Source: Eledone cirrhosa
Taxonomy: Eukaryota
Length of the DNA: 64,000 nt
Direction of reading: 5' to 3'
NCBI GenBank assembly: GCA_964016885.1
Contig: OZ024742.1
Coordinates: 103,230,001-103,294,000 of the forward strand
The notes beneath the pieces are model-generated. The model saw only the letters and a program-made list of their open reading frames with translations. It searched no databases and was not told where the DNA came from. Shown here piece by piece: positions 56,047 to 64,000 of the stretch. Within the stretch, counting starts at the first letter, position 1, and every line of letters starts with the position of its first letter. A program made the translations under genes and the position numbers.

Positions 56047-56951
56047 TTCATTTTTACATTAATCTTTTACTCCGTTCACTGTTGATAGTTAGATATATAG
56101 ATTGATAAATAGAGATAGAGAGATAGAGAGAGAGAGAGATTGATAGATAGGCGGATGTACTTTAATCCACCTGATGATATGCAGCAGTACATGCTCAGGT
56201 ATGTATCTGTCTACAGATGTATTTATACACAGGTACATTAACCACTATACACCAGTATTTGTATAATGTTATTAATTTCAATCATTGGACTGCGGCCATA
56301 TTGGGGCACCACCGTATTCAACGCTTTAGTTGACATTATGACCCAGTACTTATTTCAATCTGGTATTTATTTATCGAGACGCTAGATTACGAAACATAAT
56401 GGAAATACAATTTCTTTGGTTTTATTATTTTTTTTTATTGCGATCGATCGGCATAGTTGTAAAGACCACCGGACAACTGTTTAGCAGTATCTGTTCTGGC
56501 CCATAACATTCTGAATTCAAATCCCACCGAGGTCAACTTTGCTTTTGATTCTTTCGCATTCGATGAAATAAAGCACAAGTCAAATTCTATGGACGGTATA
56601 ACCGACTAACCCTTCTATACAAATATTTAGTCTTGTGCTTCTAAATTATAAAGAAGTATTATTATTTTTTTGTTAGTTTTATTTTTATTACTGTTTATTT
56701 CTTAGCTTCAAACCGCGAAGCTCAGTTAAAGGTTATTAATAATACATTCGACGGGGCTTCTTTACAGACACCCCTCTACCAATAACACTCATAATATAAA
56801 AATAACCAACGTTATTACAGAATGTACTGCTAACATTTGAATCGTGACTGAAACTTTGTGGTTGGAAAGTAAGCTTCTTAACGTCACAGCCATGATTGCG
56901 TCATATTTAAAAGTGTGCACTTTTACTGCTGTAATAATATGCGTGTTCTGC

Positions 56952-57445
56952 CCATGCTTTGCAGCAAAGAGTTACGTCCCTTTATGGTCTGAGTTCAAAT
57001 CCCGCCGAGGTTAACTTTGCCTTTCATCCTTACGGGGTCGATAAAATAAAGTACCAGTAATGTACTGGGATAATTGCTGGCCTTGTGCCAATAGTAGAAA
57101 CAATTATACATCCATACATCATCTATATGTGGTGAGGTGAATTGGCAGAGCCGTTAGAACGTTAGATAGACTACTTTGCAGTATTCGTTCCAACTCTGCA
57201 CACACTGAGTTCAAATCTCACCAACATCAACTTGCCTGTTAACCTTTATAGTTCGATAAAAAGGAACCAGGCCAATACTGAGATCTGTCCTCCCTCCAGA
57301 TATCTTTCTTTCTCCCTCTTCTCTGGAAGAAATTGGCTGTGTTCAGACCCGAAGAGGAGATGACTTCGCCAGTTTTAAAATGCACAGGAAATGCTGTACG
57401 TCACTACTGCTTCCTTGCGAGTCTAACAGAAGTTACGGATTTATA
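56952..57445 (+). mobile_element. 5'-truncated young SINE followed by an older SINE with an extended 3' module
   Basis: Family consensus; extension 'ttctctggaagaaattggctgtgttcag...gttacgg' also seen near 567, 975, 7040-7165(-), 32255-32330(-) and 41320. Confidence 0.75.
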
Positions 57446-57945
57446 TATACAGACACACTTACATTTCTTTAGATTCGAACCATGAAGATAAGTTAAAGGT
57501 TATTAATTATACATATGACGAGGCTTCTTTATCGATCCTCTCTATCAAATTACATTCACAAGGTAAAAGCCGAGGTTATTACAGAAGGCACTCTGCAAAT
57601 GTCGCCTGTTTGAATCGAACCCGGTGCTATGGGTTTGCAAAATAAGCTTTTTAATGCCACAGCCATGCCTACGTCATATCTAAAAGTGCACAGTTTTACT
57701 GCTGTAATGAAATATGTATATCTGCACTTCTTGACTGCTCATGAAAGCTATACATGCATTATACATCCATACATCTATGTGTATCGTATGTTTGCGAGTG
57801 ACTGTGCATGTGTGTACGAGACAAAACTGTTATTGCTTAGGTCAAGGTTTAGCTTCATCCTGCATACATATGATCAAAGGTGTTCAATCATAAACATACC
57901 ATCTTTATTTTATACGCAGTATACTTAGGACGACCTTATTTAAAG

Positions 57946-58048
<103 letters not shown>

Positions 58049-58766
58049 AATAAATTATCGAGAATCGGAATCTCGGCCCACGAAATAACGAAACACAATC
58101 TTCGAAAAGTGTGGCAAAGTGCTCAATAGTTTGGATAAACCAGAGCTATAACTAACGTTTAAATACCAACACACTGAGATAATGCTTAAAATCATTCGCA
58201 CAACCGAAAAAACGACCAAGAAAATTCGGGTCAGACAAATAATAATATATTATATATATATCCCTCTCTCTCTCCATCTCTCTTTTTCTCTCTCTCTTCA
58301 GATACTAGGCTATAATTTGTGAGAGATTTAGCTGCTACTTTTAGCGTACCGAGTGACTATTGCATTTGGTCGTGAATCAAACGTATAAATCAATGTGAGC
58401 GTTACACATGCTTGACATTTACAAGTGTCATGTGTGGCTTCTTAGTAATGGCATTTAACTCACAATTATAAGATCGTTGGTTCGATTTCCAGATGGCGCG
58501 TTGTGTTTTTTTGTAAGAATCCTTATTTCTCGTTGCCTCCGTCCATTCAGCTGGGAAAAATGTACCAATGTATCTATCTTAGGACAAAAACAACAATAAC
58601 AACAACAAAGTCCAAATCCCAATAGCATCCTGAAAATAGATAGATAGCTAAATACATAAATAGCACAAGTAGTCATAATTTAACGGATATATGTATTAAG
58701 AAAATATTAAAGATAATTGTAATTGATTTAAATGAATATAAAATAAAATACGGCGGTGGCTGGAGT

Positions 58767-59058
58767 AAGGAGCCTCGTTTGCCTTAAAAATGTGAGGGGG
58801 ACAAACCAACATTTGTTGATTCTTAAAGGAGCTTAAATTGTTTATGGAGCCTTTCTCGGACCCTATCACATAAATAAAATTTTACGCTAATTAAATTTTA
58901 TATATACAAATGAAGTTCAGATATAAAAAAATAAGCTTAAAAAGAATTTATTATATCAAATAAACAAAAAATAAAATATAGACGTTTGAAAAAGTGTGTG
59001 TGTTGGGGGGGGGGGGGGGGGACTTGTCCCCTGGTACCCCCCTGAAACAAGGCCCTTA
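58767..59058. mobile_element. MITE with 8-bp TSD (hAT-like)
   Basis: GCTGGAGT at 58759-58766 and 59059-59066; imperfect TIRs aaggagcctcgttt / aaacaaggccctta. Confidence 0.65.
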
Positions 59059-59134
59059 GCTGGAGTGATAAGAGGGAGAAGGTCAAGGGTAATCGAGGAT
59101 TCAAGCCATCTTTACATAGAATATTGTACTTAAG

Positions 59135-59395
59135 CTTCTTCTTCTTCTTCTTCTTCTTCTTCTTCTTCTTCTTCTTCTTCTTCTTCTTCTTCTGCTGCCA
59201 CTTATTCCTGAGAGGGCCGTGAGGGCAGAGTTCTCAAACATTCCTTCCAGTGGGTCCTGTCCAAAGCAACCGTCTCCAGCTGATCCGGCTGGATCTCCAA
59301 GCGCGACCAGCCAAGCTCATAGATATTTACCGGGGAGGCTTCACAAGGAGATCTCTCTGTAATTGGAGTAATCTCTCTTGTCTCTCTTTTCAAAA
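59135..59395 (-). mobile_element. RTE-like LINE 3' end with (GAA)n tail
   Basis: LETVALDRTHWKECL..stop followed by (AAG)n on the minus strand. Confidence 0.7.
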
Positions 59396-59836
59396 ATTGG
59401 GATTATCACTCCATGGGATTATCATTCATATATCAATATATAAATATATAGCCCCACATAATTACCCAGATACATGAATGCATATCATGTTGATTGAGGA
59501 AATATTCAGGTAGAAGTGTGTCAGTATATACACAATGGTGGATAAATACAAATATAAATAAACGAAAACAAATATACTTATGAATATAAATGTCAATATA
59601 AATACAAGTGTAAGCACACTTATGGTGACATCTCTAAGATTAGGAATGTACACAGATACACACATACATAATACACGTATATAAAAAATATACATATACA
59701 CACACATATATATCTATGCACACGCACACACACACAGGGGAAGGAAAATTAATTTTCACATACATGTTCATTCAGAGAAGAGAGTTAATTTCTCTGTCCA
59801 ACCTTCTCTGCTAATAGCTATATATGTATATATGTA

Positions 59837-59876
<40 letters not shown>

Positions 59877-59959
59877 TATGTGTTTTGATAGCTACTTGTT
59901 GTAAGAAGAATGTCATTTCTTCATTGAACAGTTGCATGATCTTGTGCAAGCAGGTTACT

Positions 59960-60300
59960 TTTCAGACATGCTGGATCTTTGCAGGCACTGTACTTGGGTC
60001 CTGCTTACCGAGTGTACGCTTCAAAGCAACTTTCTCCATTCGCTTTTCCTCAAAGACATCACATCCATACTTGATGATCATTCTCCATGATGTAAGGCCT
60101 TCAACCAATGTCTCCCAGTTCTCCATATCAATCTTCAGAGCTTTAAGATTGTCTTTTATGATATCCATACACCGCTTTTTTGGTTTATTCTGTGGCTTTA
60201 TCTCTCTGGTCAGCTTCCTATAAAATAACTGTTTAGGTAGCCTTCTAGCTTCCATCCTGACCCATGACAATACCGGCGCTATCAGCTTTCTCATATACAG
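59960..60300 (-). mobile_element. RTE LINE ORF C-terminal fragment
   Basis: VRMEARRLPKQLFY..L...KPKKRCMDIIKDNLK...WETL...WR...FEEKR. Confidence 0.8.
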
Positions 60301-60660
60301 CAGCATCAAGTCTGTAAGAAGACCACTTGATGCTCAGGACGCGCCCAATGAAAACATTCTAGCTTCATTTTTCTCCCGTTTTTTTCTGTCTTTCTCTCTA
60401 CATCTCCTCCTGGCCTTTTGATTAATAAAAAGCCTCGGGCGCTCCCGAACTTCACCGATGTCCTGTAATTCAGCGCCAAAACATTGGATCGGGAACCATT
60501 TACAGCTGACGAAGGAATCGCCTTTCTCCTCTTGTTGTGTCCTAACCACCATCCTAAACCTTGTTTTTGGTAACCACACAGCTCCTTTCGTTTCATATCA
60601 TTATATAAATATATATATATATACATATATATACATATATGTATATATATATAAGTATAT

Positions 60661-60719
<59 letters not shown>

Positions 60720-60773
60720 CGTTTCTGAATTTGTTTAGCAAGATTGTTTATCTGAAAACGTGTGTTGAAACCG

Positions 60774-60953
60774 ATATTGTTATACTTTGGGAGGGTCATG
60801 TTGCCAATAAGAAACACACGCACCAGTTGCTTTTACTTCAATTTATTATAATAAATTTATAAATTTAGGAATCTATAAATTTATTATAATAAATTGAAGT
60901 GAAAGCAACTGGTGCGTGTGTTTCTTATTGGCAACATGACCCTCCCAAAGTAT

Positions 60954-60962
<9 letters not shown>
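60774..60962. repeat. Fold-back (arms about 88 bp) abutting (TA)n
   Basis: Reverse-complement arms; terminus atgaccctccc.aagtataacaat(AT)n is shared with 35133-35160. Confidence 0.9.
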
Positions 60963-61041
<79 letters not shown>

Positions 61042-61045
<4 letters not shown>

Positions 61046-61307
61046 AATAGAATGAAACGAAATTTCATTTCTCACTCTTAGTACGGCACTTACTTAAATG
61101 TAAGTATGTATGCATACGTACATACATATATGTATACAGACGTACAGTAGCATGTATATATATATATATATATATATTTATACATACAGGCACACATATA
61201 TACATGCACGTATCAGTTTACATACATACGTATCAGTATACATACTTACATTTAAGTAAGTGCCGTACTAAGAGTGAGAAATGAAATTTCGTTTCATTCT
61301 ATTCCAT
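61042..61307. repeat. Fold-back (arms about 68 bp) abutting (TA)n
   Basis: atggaatagaatgaaacg...aagtatgtat versus 61238-61307. Confidence 0.9.
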
Positions 61308-61430
61308 TTATCGTTTTCGGTGCGCCTGGCCGACTGAACTCACTCGATATGCAAATTGGGCTGCTCAGCCGTTAATTTTCATAAGGAAAGTATATACTTT
61401 CGAACGTTCAACCATCTGGCAGAAAGGTAT

Positions 61431-61473
61431 ACGGTGCTGACGATAGCTAACAAGCTTGAAACTAGTACATCGT
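61431..61473 (+). ncRNA. Minimal type-I hammerhead ribozyme
   Basis: Stem I acggtg/catcgt; CTGACGA; stem II t-agct-aaca-agct-t; GAAA; palindromic CTAG; GUA site with predicted cut after 61467. Confidence 0.75.
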
Positions 61474-61547
61474 TCCTGTGTCAGTGTTGAACAAAAAGGT
61501 AACGTGGTTGCCTGAACACTGTACGGCGTAAATCAGGCTGTTCGTTT

Positions 61548-63800
61548 GTTTGGAATTTCTTCTCTAGCTCGGCCATTGATTCAGCTATGAGCGTTAGATC
61601 ATCTGCGTATAGGAGTTCCCATGGGCAGCCGGTCTTGAACTCCTCTGTTATAGCCTGAAGGGCAATAATAAATAGTAGGGGGCTAAGAACAGAGCCCTGA
61701 TGGACACCAACTTTTACTCTAAACTCTTCACTATATTCGTTGTTAATTCTAACCTTGCTGACTGTTTCTTTATACATGGCTTGTATAGCTCTCACAAGCC
61801 ATTCGTCAACACCTAGTTTTCTAAGAGCCCACCAGATAATGGAACGGGGGACTCTGTCGAAGGCTTTCTCCAAGTCGACAAAGGCTAAGTATAGGGGTTT
61901 ACTTTTAGCTAGGTACTTCTCCTGTAGTTGTCGTACAATGAAAAGAGCGTCTGTGGTACTTTTGCCTGACACAAACCCGAACTGCATTTCATCTAGATCG
62001 ATTCTCTCTCTGATTAGTTGCACTATTACTTTTTCCGTGACCTTCATGACCTGGTCGATTAATTTAATGCCTCTATAGTTACTCCTATCTAGGGCGTCTC
62101 CTTTACCCTTGTAAGAGTTAATGATGATGCTGCTACGCCAGTCCTTCGGAACAACCCCATTCTGTATGACTTGGTTTACTATCCGGGTGACCATGGTGTG
62201 TCCCACCGTTCCAGAGGCCTTCAGCATCTCAGCAACTATTTCTGAAGGCCCAGCCGCTTTACCCGTCTTCATATCTTTGATTGCCTTACTTATTATACTA
62301 CCTTCAACTAACACTGCTGGTCCCTCTATTGGATCGATCTGGGGGAGACTATCCTTCTCCCATTTATTCTCTTCATTTAGTAGCCTCTCGTAGTGACACT
62401 TCCAAGCGACCTTCTTATCAGCGTCAGTGATGGCGAGTACGCCATCATCATTTAGTACACACTTCTCCCCAACAATATCACGGCTTTCCTTGACACATTG
62501 CCTAGCAATCCTGAACACCTCACGTTTTTGGTCCTCGCGTTGTAGAACATGCTTGAACTTTCTTTCCTCAGCTTCCCTTCTTGCTAAGTACACTTGTCTC
62601 CTAGCTTCCCTCCTGGCCACTTGATAGTCTTATCTACTTCCCCCATCCCGCCATACTTTCCAAGCCTGCTTTTTGGCCTTAATGGACTCCTCCACCTTAC
62701 TGTTCCACCACCATGTTACTGTCCTCCTGCTTATAGGCCTGCTCCGGCCACAGACTTCGTCTGCCGCCATCAGCAGGTTTGCTTTCAGGAATTCCCACTG
62801 TTCCTCTATATTGTACGACTCTAAATGCTCTTCCTTACTGTCGAAAGCATCAAGTAATATGCTTTGAAATTTATTTCTGGCTGTGGGGTCTTTTAGCTTC
62901 CATATTTTTCTCCTGAGGATAGTCCTCTTCTGCTGTCGAGTACGTCTCGTCCTGACTATGAGGTCGCTAATTATCAGTCTATGTTGGGAGGTGCATTCTT
63001 CATGGGGGAGGGATTTAGTGTTTACAACAGTCACTCTGTCACGTCTTCTGGTAAGGATATAATCTACCTGGCTGGTATGTTCCCCTGATCTGTAGGTGAT
63101 CAAGTGATTGTCTCGTTTTTTGAAGTCAGTGTTACAGATTGTTAGGTTATTTGCGTCACAGAATTCCAGGATTCTGGAGCCTTCCTCATTTCTAGTACCA
63201 AACCCATGGCCTCCATGGATTCCATCATAGCCGTCACAATGTTGTCCAACGTGACCATTTAGGTCGCCAGCAATAATTATATAGTCACTGTCGGTTATTT
63301 GGGAGGTAGTGAGCATCAGTGTCTCATAGAAAGTGTCTTTTATAGCGCCAGGCAGTCCGCAGATATTATCGTCACAGTAGTTCTATTCAGAACAAGTCTT
63401 GTTTTAATTATTATGTCGTTTACTCTATTTACGTCTATTATCTTATCCACCCATTTTTCTGCTAACATGATTCCTACCACACCCAGCCCATTGTCATTTC
63501 CCACCCAGAAAAGCTTATAGCATCATTTTTTACTCACAATGAATCTAGCAGACCCGCCCCTCCACCTGGTCTCTTGGATACAGCAGGCATCAACATCCTT
63601 ACGTTCAAGCATTTCTACAACCTCGTTTGAGCGGCCTTTTAAGGTGCCTACATTCATGGTACCAACTCTGAAGTTTTGGATTGCGTTTGGTGGGTGGGTG
63701 CAGGGAGGGGTGAGGTTGATGGGGTTGGGGTTATGTTGGCCATCCGCGGCCGCAACAAAGAGGGTGGGCTTTTCGTTCACAGTTGAAAATTGCAAACTTG
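61548..63800 (-). mobile_element. RTE-clade LINE (APE endonuclease + RT), disrupted and 3'-truncated just after YADD
   Basis: GTMNVGTL, CIQETRW, AGDLNGHVG, QVDYIL, SQHRLI (APE); NYRGIKL, QFGF, FVDLEKAFDRV, GVHQGSVLSPLLF, LLYADDL (RT); frameshifts or stops near 63523, 63350 and 62625. Confidence 0.95.
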
Positions 63801-63817
63801 ACTGTCACCACATATTA

Positions 63818-63856
63818 TGAACCTGAAGATTGCGAAAGCATGAAAGTACTTGTTCA
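63818..63856 (+). ncRNA. Minimal type-I hammerhead ribozyme
   Basis: Stem I tgaac/gttca; CTGAAGA; stem II t-tgc-gaaa-gca-t; GAAA; palindromic GTAC; CUU site with predicted cut after 63851. Confidence 0.75.
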
Positions 63857-64000
63857 AGTAACACTTAGAATTTAATATTCTATCATACTATTTCATTATA
63901 ATACCATTATATATTTTAAAGGATTGTAAATAAAACGAGTAAATCAGACAAAGTTGGAATTCCTCTTATTAATATAATCTTCTATACACAATCATACACA

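Overview
Eukaryotic, AT-rich, repeat-dominated genomic DNA. The SINE families and microsatellite load suggest an octopod cephalopod, but this is inference and was not verified. Almost all long ORFs in the supplied track are microsatellite artefacts. Real content: (1) a full-length but frameshifted 7.4-kb Helitron (RepHel) nested, with a SINE, inside a hAT-type MITE with a perfect 8-bp TSD; (2) a candidate multi-exon minus-strand host gene absent from the ORF track, with one exon split in-frame by that compound insertion and a duplicated signal-peptide-like exon cassette; (3) a Penelope-like element with a GIY-YIG remnant in an inverted arrangement, plus several minimal type-I hammerhead ribozyme motifs and many (TA)n-anchored fold-back repeats, with two hammerheads bracketing an antisense RTE LINE fragment; (4) decayed RTE and R4/Dong-like LINEs, a chain of RTE-derived elements joined through (TATG)n tails, a small non-autonomous Helitron, more than 25 tRNA-derived SINE copies, minisatellites and a 200-N gap. 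All calls were made by eye; no searches or folding programs were run.
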